From the NCBI GenBank assembly GCA_041649175.1, contig JBAZNR010000001.1, positions 1,103,497 to 1,167,496 of the forward strand: a stretch of 64,000 bases of DNA. Direction: 5' to 3'. The stretch is from Candidatus Omnitrophota bacterium. Its GTDB lineage: Bacteria > Omnitrophota > Gorgyraeia > Zapsychrales > JBAZNR01. Position 1 is the first letter of the stretch. Every line of letters begins with the position of its first letter. Below the pieces are notes generated by a model that saw only the letters and a program-made list of their open reading frames with translations, was not told the DNA's origin and did no database searches. Positions 21,584 to 31,373 of this stretch are shown here, one piece after another. Position numbers and translations under genes: made by a program.

Positions 21584-22499
21584 AAAGAAGTTTCCTCGCC
21601 CTGTTATCGCCATAGGTATTTTTGATGGTGTTCACCTTGGACATCAGAAACTTATCCGAAAAGTTATTGAAAAAGCGAAAAGCTTAAATGGGACAAGCAT
21701 GGTGATGACATTTTTTCCCCATCCGGCAAATATTTTGAATCCTAAGAATCCTGTTCCTCTGCTAGTTTCTCTTGAGAGGCGAATAGCCCTCATAAGAGAC
21801 TTAGGAGTTCAGGTTTGTTTGGTTGTGCCGTTTACGCGGAAATTTTCAAATTTAAAACCGCAAGATTTTATCGAGAAGTATCTTTTTGGGAAAGTTGCTC
21901 CTGAAAAAGTTTTTGTCGGAAAGAACTTCCATTTCGGGAAGAACCGACAGGGAACGCCAAATTTCTTAAAACAGATAGGCAACCAATATGGTTTTGAAAC
22001 AAATGTTGTTTCTTTTGCCAGGAATCATCGCAGGACGATCAGTAGCACGCGAATAAGAAAACTTATTTTAAAAGGACAGCTCCAAACAGCGCGGGAGTTT
22101 TTAGGGCGCCCGGTTTCAATCTTTGGGAAGGTTAGCGTGGGAAAAAAGGTCGGGAAAACGTTAGGGTTTCCGACGGCAAATATTCATCCTTCCGGAGAAA
22201 TTCTTCCGCCGCGAGGAGTTTACCTTGCCCAGGTTGTTCTCAATAAAAGAATTCATAATGGTGTTGCTAATATCGGGATCCGCCCTTCTTTTAGGGAGAG
22301 AAATAAAGCACTTAATGTTGAAGTTTATATTTTTAATTTTAAAAAAAATATTTATGGAAAGGAAATTGAAGTTCGATTTCTGTCTAAGGTTCGTCCCGAA
22401 AGAAGATTTTCGACAAGGGAGTCGCTAGCTCAACAGATCCAAAAAGATGTTGAATTGGCGAAAGAAATGTTTCGGGCTCATCGCGCGTATTCCGCATAA
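21552..22499 (+). CDS. ribF: Bifunctional riboflavin kinase / FMN adenylyltransferase. Start moved to the internal ATG at 21552
   Basis: VIAIGIFDGVHLGHQKLI FAD-synthetase motif. The ORF-track start at 21429 would overlap truB by 155 nt. MKVIYDIG is the standard RibF N-terminus. Confidence 0.85.
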   Translation: MKVIYDIGRIKKKFPRPVIAIGIFDGVHLGHQKLIRKVIEKAKSLNGTSMVMTFFPHPANILNPKNPVPLLVSLERRIALIRDLGVQVCLVVPFTRKFSNLKPQDFIEKYLFGKVAPEKVFVGKNFHFGKNRQGTPNFLKQIGNQYGFETNVVSFARNHRRTISSTRIRKLILKGQLQTAREFLGRPVSIFGKVSVGKKVGKTLGFPTANIHPSGEILPPRGVYLAQVVLNKRIHNGVANIGIRPSFRERNKALNVEVYIFNFKKNIYGKEIEVRFLSKVRPERRFSTRESLAQQIQKDVELAKEMFRAHRAYSA

Positions 22500-22662
22500 T
22501 ATCTCCCGCTTTTGTATCGGTTATACATTTTTGCCTACCGTTTCTCTCCTAGATAACAATATATCGATAAAGTTAATTCCTGCGGCTGAGATATAGCCAA
22601 AATCCCTTCGGTTTTTGTCAGAGCTATTTCTTATCTTAACCAGAAGAATTAGTATTTTGATG

Positions 22663-22691
22663 TTGACAAAGCCCGTGGACCCCACTATATT
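22663..22691 (+). promoter_or_regulatory. Putative Pmra promoter of the dcw cluster (TTGACA-17-TATATT)
   Basis: Consensus -35 at 22663-22668 and -10 at 22686-22691, about 55 nt upstream of the mraZ GTG start. Confidence 0.45.
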
Positions 22692-22696
22692 ATGAA

Positions 22697-22730
22697 ATTG
22701 GTGGAGCAAAGTGGAGCAAAGTGGTTTAAA
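22697..22730 (+). promoter_or_regulatory. Three direct GTGG boxes at exact 10-bp spacing between the promoter and mraZ. Putative MraZ operator
   Basis: ttGGTGGagcaaaGTGGagcaaaGTGGtttaaa. MraZ autoregulatory sites in other bacteria are GTG-containing direct repeats with 10-bp phasing just downstream of Pmra. Confidence 0.45.
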
Positions 22731-22746
22731 TCAACGGAGATGAAAA

Positions 22747-23184
22747 GTGTTTTACGGCGAATATATTCATACCATTGACCGCAAAGGACGCTTGATCTTG
22801 CCGGCGCGCTTTAGAGATGTCGCGAAAGAGCACGGCATTGAGAAGTTCTTTTTAACGCGCGGGTTAGATAAATGTATCTTTATGTTCAGTGATGATGAGT
22901 GGCGTTCCCAAGAGCAGAAGTTTCGTAATATGTCATTTACGAAACAAGAGGCGAGAAGTTTTAATCGTATGTTTTTCTCCGGAGCGGCAGAAATTATTCC
23001 GGATAGGCAAGGGCGGTTTATCGTCCCTCCTTATTTGAAAGATTTTGCCGGGATAAAAATTGATACCATTATTATTGGTATATCAAATCGCATCGAAGTT
23101 TGGGATGCTCAAACTTGGAAAGAATTTTACAGTAATTCTCGTGGTTCGTTCGAGGAAATTGCTGAAAAGATCATTGATGTCTGA
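22747..23184 (+). CDS. mraZ: Transcriptional regulator MraZ
   Basis: Duplicated SpoVT/AbrB-like halves: YIHTIDRKGRLILPARFR and DRQGRFIVPPYLKDFAG. Confidence 0.9.
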   Translation: MFYGEYIHTIDRKGRLILPARFRDVAKEHGIEKFFLTRGLDKCIFMFSDDEWRSQEQKFRNMSFTKQEARSFNRMFFSGAAEIIPDRQGRFIVPPYLKDFAGIKIDTIIIGISNRIEVWDAQTWKEFYSNSRGSFEEIAEKIIDV

Positions 23185-23192
23185 AATAAAAA

Positions 23193-24080
23193 ATGACTCA
23201 TATTCCTGTCATGACAAAAGAGGTTCTGGAAAATTTGAACCTCAAAGCAGGTAGTTTTGTATTAGATTGCACGCTTGGTACGGCAGGGCATGCGCTGGAA
23301 ATACTGAAAAGGATCGGCCCTCATGGACGTTACATCGGCACCGATCGCGACGGTGAATCGCTTTCTGTCGCGCAAGACAGGCTTAAAGATTTTGCCGGAC
23401 AATGTCATTTTGAACAAACGGATTTTCGTGATTTTGATGTTGTTTTAAATAAGTTAGGGATTCGCGAGGTTGATGCGATCTTGTTGGATGTGGGTATTTC
23501 CAGTTATCAAATAGATAATCCTCAGAGGGGTTTTAGCTTGAGATCTGATGGGCCTTTGGATATGCGCATGGATAAAAATAGCTATATTTCAGCGTATGAT
23601 TTGGTGAACTCTCTTTCGGAAAAAGAGATTGCATCGATCTTAAAAAATTTTGGGGAAGAGCGCTGGCATCATCGCATTGCAAGTTTTCTGGTGAGGGAAA
23701 GATCAAAAAATCCTATTGCTTCTACCGGAGATTTAAGCCGTGTCGTTTTAAGGGCGATCCCACGCGGTGCCGGAAAGCAAAAGATCCATCCGGCGACTAG
23801 GACTTTTCAAGCTTTTCGCATTGCGGTGAACCGCGAATTGGAAGCCTTAGAAGTAGCCTTAGATAAAAGCATAAATTATCTTAAAGTCGGCGGGCGGACA
23901 TGTGTTATTTCATTTCACTCGTTAGAAGACAGGATCGCAAAAGAGAAATTTAAAGAGTTTTCGCAAAAAGGATTAGGCCGGATCATTACAAAAACTCCGC
24001 TGCGCCCAAGCGATGAAGAAAATGCGGTTAATTCTCGCGCGCGAAGCGCGCGGCTTAGGGTTATAGAAAGGACAAAATGA
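23193..24080 (+). CDS. rsmH: 16S rRNA (cytosine1402-N4)-methyltransferase
   Basis: HIPVM...LDCTLGTAGHA...DLGVSS-like motifs throughout. Confidence 0.9.
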   Translation: MTHIPVMTKEVLENLNLKAGSFVLDCTLGTAGHALEILKRIGPHGRYIGTDRDGESLSVAQDRLKDFAGQCHFEQTDFRDFDVVLNKLGIREVDAILLDVGISSYQIDNPQRGFSLRSDGPLDMRMDKNSYISAYDLVNSLSEKEIASILKNFGEERWHHRIASFLVRERSKNPIASTGDLSRVVLRAIPRGAGKQKIHPATRTFQAFRIAVNRELEALEVALDKSINYLKVGGRTCVISFHSLEDRIAKEKFKEFSQKGLGRIITKTPLRPSDEENAVNSRARSARLRVIERTK

Positions 24081-24460
24081 GATTTTCGAAGTTTCTTTTA
24101 TTGATGTGTTCCGTTACGATCCTGTCGCTGGTTTACATCCGGCTTCAGGTTGATATCTTTGATCTGGCTTATCAAGGAAAGAATAAAGAAATTGAGATCC
24201 AGAAATTATTAGATCATCGAAGCAATGCCTTATCAAGTATCTCCACGTTAAAATCATCGAGTCATTTGGGCGTAAAGCTACTCGCGGATAATTCCGGTAT
24301 GCGCTTTTTAGATAATGATCATGTGGTTGAATTAAGAGCGCCGGTCGTGCTGGCGAATCAAGGCAAAAAAATCGCCTCAACTAGATCGGAAAATAAAATG
24401 AATTTTTTAGCCGGCCTTTTTACGCTAAAGTCTCAGGCTCAGGCCGAATCCATTAAATAA
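24077..24460 (+). CDS. ftsL: Cell division protein FtsL-like (small bitopic membrane protein)
   Basis: Position between rsmH and ftsI. Single N-terminal TM then coiled coil. Weak sequence conservation. Confidence 0.45.
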   Translation: MRFSKFLLLMCSVTILSLVYIRLQVDIFDLAYQGKNKEIEIQKLLDHRSNALSSISTLKSSSHLGVKLLADNSGMRFLDNDHVVELRAPVVLANQGKKIASTRSENKMNFLAGLFTLKSQAQAESIK

Positions 24461-24481
24461 ATCTAAGGTTAAATTATATCG

Positions 24482-26185
24482 GTGCATACCCGCAGGTATT
24501 CTTTTCGATTTAGCTTCATCTTTCTTTCCCTCATTTTATTTCTTGTCTTGTTTTCCGCAAAACTTGTCATGATCCAGGTCTTCAAATTTTCTTACCTATC
24601 CGGCCTTGCCGAGAAACAACACAATACCTTGATCAAGCTAGAGCCCAAACGGGGCACAATTTATGATCGAAATCTGAGGCCGCTGGCCATTAACGTTACG
24701 GCATATTCTCTCTATGCTAATCCGCGCGCGATGAGCCCAGCGAAAAAAGCAGAAGTTATCCGGCGTCTTCCGGAAATCTTAAATTTAAATTCAAAATTTC
24801 TTACGCAAGCCCTGAGCAAGGAAAAATATTTCGTTTGGCTTGCGCGAAAATTATCGCCGCAACAAATGGAAGAAATAAAAATGCTTAAACTGGACGGGCT
24901 CGATTTTGTCAAGGAAAGCAAGCGTTATTATCCCGGCGGGGAATTGGCCGCTCACATGATCGGTTTTTCCGGAATTGATAATGATGGATTAGAAGGCTTA
25001 GAGCTGACATGCGATAGATATCTTAAAGGTGATTTTGGCTGGACGCAGATCATGCGCGACGCAAAGCAGAGAGCGCTTCTTTTAGAAAAAAGTTTTTTTC
25101 CTCCCGAAGACGGAAAAGATTTAGTACTGACCATTGATGAGACGATACAGTATATCGCAGAGCGCTCTCTGGATAAGGCTTTCAAAAAGCATAATGCCAA
25201 AGGCGCCATGATCATTGTTATGGACCCGAAAACCGGAGAGATCTTGGCCTTAGCGAACAGGCCTACGTATCATTTGGGGCATCCCACAAAATCCAGCCAA
25301 GATAGCCACCGTAATCGTTGCGTTACGGATATGTATGAGCCGGGATCGGTTTTTAAGATCGTCACAGCTTCTGCCGCGCTTGAGGAAAAGAAATTTTCTG
25401 AAAAGAATATGTTCTTTTGTGAAAATGGCGCCTATAGAGTCGGGAACCATATCCTTCATGACCATCAAAAACATGGTAATTTGAATTTTAGTCAGGTCTT
25501 TGAGCAATCCAGCAACATCGGCGTAACCAAGATCGCGCAACAGTTGGGAGCCGCGGCTATCTATCGATATGCGCGGCTTTTTCGTTTCGGGATCCTTACG
25601 GGAATTGATTTACCCGGCGAAGTTAAAGGTGTTCTTAAGCCTCCTGCCGTTTGGTCAAAAACATCGATCGGAGCTATTCCTATCGGGCAAGAGGTTACGG
25701 TGACCGCAATTCAACTTGTATGTGCAATTTCAGCAATCGCAAATGATGGAGTTTTCATGCAGCCGTTTGTGATAAAATATATCAAAGATCAAAAAGGGGA
25801 GCTTATTAAGGAATTTAAGCCGACCGCAGTCGGACAAGTGATCAGTAAAGAAACAGCATTGCGGGTTAAAAATATCTTAAAAGGCGTTGTTGAGAACGGT
25901 ACGGGAAAATTAGCCAAGATCAAAGGAGTTTCGGTGGGCGGAAAAACCGGAACTGCCCAGAAAGTTACCGGAGGAACTTATTCGCATAGTGAATTTTATG
26001 CTACGTTCATTGGCTTTGCTCCGGTAGAAGATCCGAAAATTGCCGTTGTGGTTGTTTTTGACGAGCCTCATCCCAGTCATTATGGGGGGACAGTGTCAGC
26101 GCCGGTCTTTCAAGAAGTCGCGCAAGATACGTTGCGATATCTTAGGGCGACAAAATCCTCTGTCATTGTTCAAGAAAATCATTAA
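24482..26185 (+). CDS. ftsI: Peptidoglycan D,D-transpeptidase FtsI (class B PBP)
   Basis: SVFK (SxxK), SSN and KTGT motifs in order, with an N-terminal TM and dimerisation domain. Confidence 0.85.
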   Translation: MHTRRYSFRFSFIFLSLILFLVLFSAKLVMIQVFKFSYLSGLAEKQHNTLIKLEPKRGTIYDRNLRPLAINVTAYSLYANPRAMSPAKKAEVIRRLPEILNLNSKFLTQALSKEKYFVWLARKLSPQQMEEIKMLKLDGLDFVKESKRYYPGGELAAHMIGFSGIDNDGLEGLELTCDRYLKGDFGWTQIMRDAKQRALLLEKSFFPPEDGKDLVLTIDETIQYIAERSLDKAFKKHNAKGAMIIVMDPKTGEILALANRPTYHLGHPTKSSQDSHRNRCVTDMYEPGSVFKIVTASAALEEKKFSEKNMFFCENGAYRVGNHILHDHQKHGNLNFSQVFEQSSNIGVTKIAQQLGAAAIYRYARLFRFGILTGIDLPGEVKGVLKPPAVWSKTSIGAIPIGQEVTVTAIQLVCAISAIANDGVFMQPFVIKYIKDQKGELIKEFKPTAVGQVISKETALRVKNILKGVVENGTGKLAKIKGVSVGGKTGTAQKVTGGTYSHSEFYATFIGFAPVEDPKIAVVVVFDEPHPSHYGGTVSAPVFQEVAQDTLRYLRATKSSVIVQENH

Positions 26186-26187
26186 AT

Positions 26188-27657
26188 ATGAAACTTGAGA
26201 AATTACTAAAAGGTATTTATAAACAAAGCCTGCCGGCGTCATTTATTGATTTTGACGCAAGATCTGTTAGCTCTGATTCGCGGGCTATCGAAAAGGGAAG
26301 CTTGTTTGTTGCCGTCAAAGGCCCTATTTTAGACGGAACGCAATATATTGATGACGCGGTAAAAAAAGGAGCAAAAATTGTTGTTGCCGACAGTTATCCG
26401 GGCGGGGTTAAAAAAGCTCTTGATGCCGGTATCTGCTTTCTTGCGGTTGCGGACCCTAAAAAGTTTCTGACCGATATTGCGAAGAATTTTTATGGTGACC
26501 CTTCGCGAAAGATCAAGGTCATCGGCATTACCGGGACCAATGGAAAGACAACAACCTCTTATTTGGTCGAGTCTATTTTGGCCAAAGCGGCAGAAAAATG
26601 TTCCGTTATCGGGACGATCAACCATCGTATCGGAAATAAGATCCTTCCCTCCAAAAACACAACACCGGGCGTTATTGACAATCAACACTATTTATCCGAT
26701 ATGGTCAAAGAAGGTGTTGGGTATTGCGCCATGGAAGTTTCCTCGCATGCTCTTGATCAAGGGCGAGTTGACGGCATTGATTTTAATTCGGCGATCTTTA
26801 CGAACTTGACTGGTGATCATATGGATTATCATCAGAATATGGAGAATTATTTTCAGGCAAAGGCAAAATTATTTTCCGGATTATCAAAAGATGCTTCGGC
26901 CATCATCAATGCGGATGATCCGTATGGAAAAAGGCTTGTTTCGTTAACGAAAGCCAAGGTCATTACTTATGGGATTACGCATCAGGCTGACATTGTGGCT
27001 TCTGATATTCAATTGAGTTTAAGTGGTTCAAAATTTACGTTACGTCATGGCAAAGAGCTTGAAAAAATGACGACAAAATTGATCGGACGGCACAATATCT
27101 ATAATATTTTATCCGCAGTGGCTCAAGGCCTTTGGCAAAAAATAGATATGAAGGATGTTGAGCGGGCTATTGAAGATTTTGAAAATGTTCCCGGGCGGCT
27201 TGAGCGCATTGAAGCCGGACAAGATTTCCATGTGTTCGTTGATTACGCGCATACCGAAGATGCCTTAAAAAATATTTTAACAAATTTGAGATTAGTTACC
27301 AAAAGCCGGATCATTCTTGTGTTTGGTTGCGGCGGTGACCGTGATAAGACCAAACGTCCCAAAATGGGAATGGTGGCAAGCCAATTGGCTGATTTTTGCA
27401 TTGTCACCAGTGATAATTCTCGCAGTGAAGATCCTCAAGTGATCGCCAATGAGATCATTCAAGGATGCAAAAATAAAAACTTTACGGTTATCTTGGACAG
27501 GGAAGAAGCGATCAAAAAAGCGATTACGTTGGCAGGGAAAAACGATGTTGTTGTGGTTGCTGGAAAAGGCCACGAAACGTATCAGATCTTTAAGGAAAAA
27601 ACAATTTCTTTTGATGACTGTGATGTTGTCAAAAAATACCTCCATGCTAAATCTTAA
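26188..27657 (+). CDS. murE: UDP-N-acetylmuramoyl-L-alanyl-D-glutamate--2,6-diaminopimelate ligase
   Basis: Mur ligase P-loop GITGTNGKTTTS and the DNPR-like region. Confidence 0.9.
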   Translation: MKLEKLLKGIYKQSLPASFIDFDARSVSSDSRAIEKGSLFVAVKGPILDGTQYIDDAVKKGAKIVVADSYPGGVKKALDAGICFLAVADPKKFLTDIAKNFYGDPSRKIKVIGITGTNGKTTTSYLVESILAKAAEKCSVIGTINHRIGNKILPSKNTTPGVIDNQHYLSDMVKEGVGYCAMEVSSHALDQGRVDGIDFNSAIFTNLTGDHMDYHQNMENYFQAKAKLFSGLSKDASAIINADDPYGKRLVSLTKAKVITYGITHQADIVASDIQLSLSGSKFTLRHGKELEKMTTKLIGRHNIYNILSAVAQGLWQKIDMKDVERAIEDFENVPGRLERIEAGQDFHVFVDYAHTEDALKNILTNLRLVTKSRIILVFGCGGDRDKTKRPKMGMVASQLADFCIVTSDNSRSEDPQVIANEIIQGCKNKNFTVILDREEAIKKAITLAGKNDVVVVAGKGHETYQIFKEKTISFDDCDVVKKYLHAKS

Positions 27658-29017
27658 CGACATTCTGCTTGCTACGGGCGGCCGTCAATTAAGCGGAAAA
27701 AGGCATGCCTTGATCCGCTCGGTTTCAACTGATAGTCGAACCTTAAAACGCGGAGATCTTTTTATTGCTCTTTGCGGGAAGAATTTTGACGGGCATAACT
27801 TTCTTCGAAAGGTAATTGCGAGATCGGCAGCGGCGATCATTGTTTCCAAAAAAGTTTCTCTTCCTCACACCGATATCCCGATCATTTTTGTTGATGACAC
27901 GACGCAAGCTTTAGGGCAGATCGCCCGGTTTCATCGCCGGCGCTTTAAAATCCCTGTCATTGCCATTACCGGAAGCGCCGGGAAAACGACCACCAAAGAG
28001 ATGATCGCCGCGGTTTTAGAAAAGAAATATAAAGTTTTAAAGAATATCGCGACATTGAATAATAATATCGGCGTACCGATGACTTTATTAAAGCTCAATA
28101 AAACACATAAGATCGTTGTTGTTGAGCTGGGAACGAATCATTTTGGCGAGATCGCGCAGTTAGCACAAATTGCGGAACCGACAGTTTCGCTACTCACAAA
28201 TATTGGCGAGTCACATCTAGAATTCTTAAAAACACCTGCCGGAGTTTTTAAAGAAAAATTCAATATCATCCGGCGCATGCAAGAAAATGGGTTGGTCATT
28301 TTCAATAAGGATGATCGTTTTTTACGGACAATCCCGAACAAGGCCAAGGGGAAGGAATTTATTTCTTTTGGGATAAAATCGCAGTCTGATATCAAGGCGG
28401 GAAACATTCAGGAACCTGATAGTGGATCGCTTTGTTTTACTGTCAATGATCGTCAAAAATTCTGCTTGCAAGTCTTCGGTTCTCATAATGTCTATAATGC
28501 GTTAGCGGCAATTAGCTGTGGGCGATTATTTAAGGTCAATGATCAAAAAATCAAGGAAGCGCTTCTTGAATTCAAAAATCTTTACGGCCGGGGTGTTTTT
28601 AAAAAAGTGAAGTCCTGGAACATCTTAGATGATTCTTACAACGCCAATCCGATGTCTTTACGCAGTTCCATTGAAACGTTATCCCGCTTGAAAACAAAGG
28701 GGCGAAAAATCTTAGTTTGCGGTGATATGCTGGAGCTGGGGTCAAAATCTGAGCAGCTGCATCGTAAAATAGGAAAACTAGTAGGCCGTTCGAACATTGA
28801 TTCGATCATCACCTTAGGGAATTTATCAAAATTTATTTCTTTAGAAGCGAAAAAACAAAATAAAAATCTTAAAAGTTATCATTGTCATCGCATCGAACAC
28901 GTGCATAAAATACTTAAAAGCGATCTTAACTCCGGAGATGTTATTTTGATCAAAGGTTCGCGTGGGCTTCGGATGGAGCGTGTCATTGCTTTATTAAAAG
29001 GAAAGGAAGAAAACTAA
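27644..29017 (+). CDS. murF: UDP-N-acetylmuramoyl-tripeptide--D-alanyl-D-alanine ligase. Start reassigned to 27644
   Basis: Mur ligase P-loop AITGSAGKTTTKEM. The ATG at 27644 overlaps the murE stop, and the 5' extension in the ORF track lies inside murE. Confidence 0.85.
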   Translation: MLNLNDILLATGGRQLSGKRHALIRSVSTDSRTLKRGDLFIALCGKNFDGHNFLRKVIARSAAAIIVSKKVSLPHTDIPIIFVDDTTQALGQIARFHRRRFKIPVIAITGSAGKTTTKEMIAAVLEKKYKVLKNIATLNNNIGVPMTLLKLNKTHKIVVVELGTNHFGEIAQLAQIAEPTVSLLTNIGESHLEFLKTPAGVFKEKFNIIRRMQENGLVIFNKDDRFLRTIPNKAKGKEFISFGIKSQSDIKAGNIQEPDSGSLCFTVNDRQKFCLQVFGSHNVYNALAAISCGRLFKVNDQKIKEALLEFKNLYGRGVFKKVKSWNILDDSYNANPMSLRSSIETLSRLKTKGRKILVCGDMLELGSKSEQLHRKIGKLVGRSNIDSIITLGNLSKFISLEAKKQNKNLKSYHCHRIEHVHKILKSDLNSGDVILIKGSRGLRMERVIALLKGKEEN

Positions 29018-29020
29018 GAT

Positions 29021-30109
29021 ATGTTTCACTATTTAGCTAGCTTGCGGGATGTTTTCTTTGGCTTCAACATTTTTAAATATATTACTTTTCGTGCCGGCAT
29101 GGCCGCTGTAACAACGTTCGTCCTGTGCCTTATCTTAGGCCCTTTTTTGATCCGAAAATTCAAATCGCGTAATATCCGAGAAAACGTCAAAAGAGAATAT
29201 TGCGATAAGCTTGATCCGTTGCAAAAATCTAAAGAGGGAACGCCCACCATGGGCGGGATCTTTATTATCGGGAGCATTGTTCTCTCCATCTTGCTGTGGG
29301 GAGATTTAACCAATAAATATACGCTGATCGCCTTGGTGACTTGTATTTGGCTTGCGGTCTTGGGAGGCATTGACGATTATATCAAGCTAACGCACAAAGG
29401 AAAAAAACGCGGGCTTTCGGCATTAACGAAGTTTACCTGGCAGCTAGTTTTAGGGTTTTCAGTAGGATGTTTTGTCTACCTTGACCCGACAACATCAACA
29501 AAGCTTGATCTTCCATTCGTTAAGGAGTCGGTTATTGATTTGGGAATGTTTTATATTCCCTTTGTCATGCTGGTCATTGTAGGGGCATCTAACGCGGTCA
29601 ATTTAACTGATGGTTTGGATGGATTAGCCATAGGATGCACGCTCATGGTCGCGTTAACTTTAAGCGTTTTGAGCTACGTTACCGGCCATTTGAGATTCAG
29701 TGAGTATTTATTTATTCCTTATATTCCCGGAACAGGAGAATTAGCAGTTTTTTGTATGGCGATGGTTGGTGCTAGCTTAGGATTTTTATGGTTTAATTGC
29801 TATCCGGCGTCAATTTTTATGGGCGATGTCGGTTCCTTGGCTTTGGGCGGAAGCATTGGCGTTATTTCGGTGTTGATCAAAAAAGAACTCCTGCTTGTTT
29901 TTCTGGGAGGAGTGTTCGTTGTCGAGGTCGTTTCGGTCATGCTTCAAATCTTTGTTTTCAAGGTGCGGCGAAAAAGGTTATTCAAGATGTCGCCGGTGCA
30001 TCATCATTTACAACTTTCCGGATGGGATGAATCGAAGATCATTGTTCGTTTTTGGATCATTGCGATCATTCTCGCGTTATTAACGTTAACAACCCTAAAG
30101 ATCAGATAA
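29021..30109 (+). CDS. mraY: Phospho-N-acetylmuramoyl-pentapeptide transferase
   Basis: Polytopic; NAVNLTDGLDGLA motif. Confidence 0.9.
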   Translation: MFHYLASLRDVFFGFNIFKYITFRAGMAAVTTFVLCLILGPFLIRKFKSRNIRENVKREYCDKLDPLQKSKEGTPTMGGIFIIGSIVLSILLWGDLTNKYTLIALVTCIWLAVLGGIDDYIKLTHKGKKRGLSALTKFTWQLVLGFSVGCFVYLDPTTSTKLDLPFVKESVIDLGMFYIPFVMLVIVGASNAVNLTDGLDGLAIGCTLMVALTLSVLSYVTGHLRFSEYLFIPYIPGTGELAVFCMAMVGASLGFLWFNCYPASIFMGDVGSLALGGSIGVISVLIKKELLLVFLGGVFVVEVVSVMLQIFVFKVRRKRLFKMSPVHHHLQLSGWDESKIIVRFWIIAIILALLTLTTLKIR

Positions 30110-31371
30110 TGGATTTACGGCATAAACGAGTTGCCATCATTGGTTCCGGTAAAAGCGGCATGGCGATCGCGGAATTAGTTCTGCATTTCCAAGGCCAGCC
30201 CAAAATTTCTGAAAAAGCTCCCCAGGAGTCTTTAAAGAATATTCTAGAAAAATGGCCGCAACGAAAACGAGTTGAAATGGAATTTGGCGGCCATACGAGA
30301 AAGTTTATCGAAGAAAGCGATATGGTGGTTTTAAGCCCGGGTGTTCCAATCAGCGCCGAGCCGGTTGCCTGGGCGAAAGCCAAAGATATTTCTGTTTTTG
30401 GCGAGGTGGAGTTAGCATTTCGGTTTTGCCCTTGCCCGGTGATAGCGGTAACCGGCAGTAACGGTAAAACAACCGTTTCTACCTTGATCGCTAAAGTTCT
30501 CGAGGAAACAAAAAGAAAAGTTTGTCTTTGCGGCAATATCGGGTCGCCATTTTCCAGTCATGTGACGAGCCTTAAGAAAAATGACCTTGTGGTCCTTGAG
30601 ATCAGCTCTTTTCAGCTGGAATCCATCATTCATTTTCGTCCGCACGTGGCTGTTTTTGTTAATTTCAGCCAAAATCATTTAGACCGGCATAAGGATATGG
30701 AAGAGTATCTTTGTGCTAAAAAAAGAATTTTTTCAAATCAAAAGAAAAATGATTTTGCCATTCTTAATTACGAAGACCCTATCGTTAAAAATCTGGCATC
30801 GGAGGTTCAATCTAAAGTTTCTTATTTTAATTCTCCAGGTTTATCTGAAAAGCTAGGTATTCGCAATCCGAATCATTTGGCGGCTGCGGAGGTTGGCAGG
30901 ATTTTTGACGTAAGCCCTGACCAGTGCAAGAAAATATTCTCTGGATTTAAAGGAGTTGAACATCGGCTGGAATTAGTGCGCACCATAGATGGTGTTGATT
31001 TTGTGAACGACTCAAAATCGACAACACCCGAGGCTGGGCGATGGGCGCTTACAACGATGGAAAAGCCGATTGTAATGATCTGTGGCGGCTACGACAAAAA
31101 ACTTGGTTTTGATGTTCTGAGTGATTTGGTCGGCCGTAAAGTTAAGAGAATTTTCGCTATTGGACAAACGAAAGAAAAGATAACAAAGGCTTTCTCCGGT
31201 GTTGTCAATGTTGAGGAATGCGGCAACCTTGAAAGTGCTGTGGTGAGTGCGCGTAGGGCTGCGGTGCCGGGTGATTGTGTCTTGTTGTCACCGATGTGCG
31301 CCAGTTTTGATATGTTCAAAAATTTTGAAGAACGCGGAAAGGTGTTCAAGCAAATCGTTTCTCAACTTTAA
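30109..31371 (+). CDS. murD: UDP-N-acetylmuramoylalanine--D-glutamate ligase. Start reassigned to the ATG that overlaps the mraY stop
   Basis: RVAIIGSGKSG N-terminus and P-loop VTGSNGKTT. Confidence 0.85.
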   Translation: MDLRHKRVAIIGSGKSGMAIAELVLHFQGQPKISEKAPQESLKNILEKWPQRKRVEMEFGGHTRKFIEESDMVVLSPGVPISAEPVAWAKAKDISVFGEVELAFRFCPCPVIAVTGSNGKTTVSTLIAKVLEETKRKVCLCGNIGSPFSSHVTSLKKNDLVVLEISSFQLESIIHFRPHVAVFVNFSQNHLDRHKDMEEYLCAKKRIFSNQKKNDFAILNYEDPIVKNLASEVQSKVSYFNSPGLSEKLGIRNPNHLAAAEVGRIFDVSPDQCKKIFSGFKGVEHRLELVRTIDGVDFVNDSKSTTPEAGRWALTTMEKPIVMICGGYDKKLGFDVLSDLVGRKVKRIFAIGQTKEKITKAFSGVVNVEECGNLESAVVSARRAAVPGDCVLLSPMCASFDMFKNFEERGKVFKQIVSQL

Positions 31372-31373
31372 TT

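Noticed and set aside
27449-27643. 5' extensions of murF (27449), murD (30052), ribF (21429), fabZ (12978) and the small membrane protein (49492) proposed by the ORF track
   Set aside because: The extensions lie inside the upstream genes in another frame. Conserved N-termini and stop-start overlaps (ATGA/TAATG) support the downstream starts used here.
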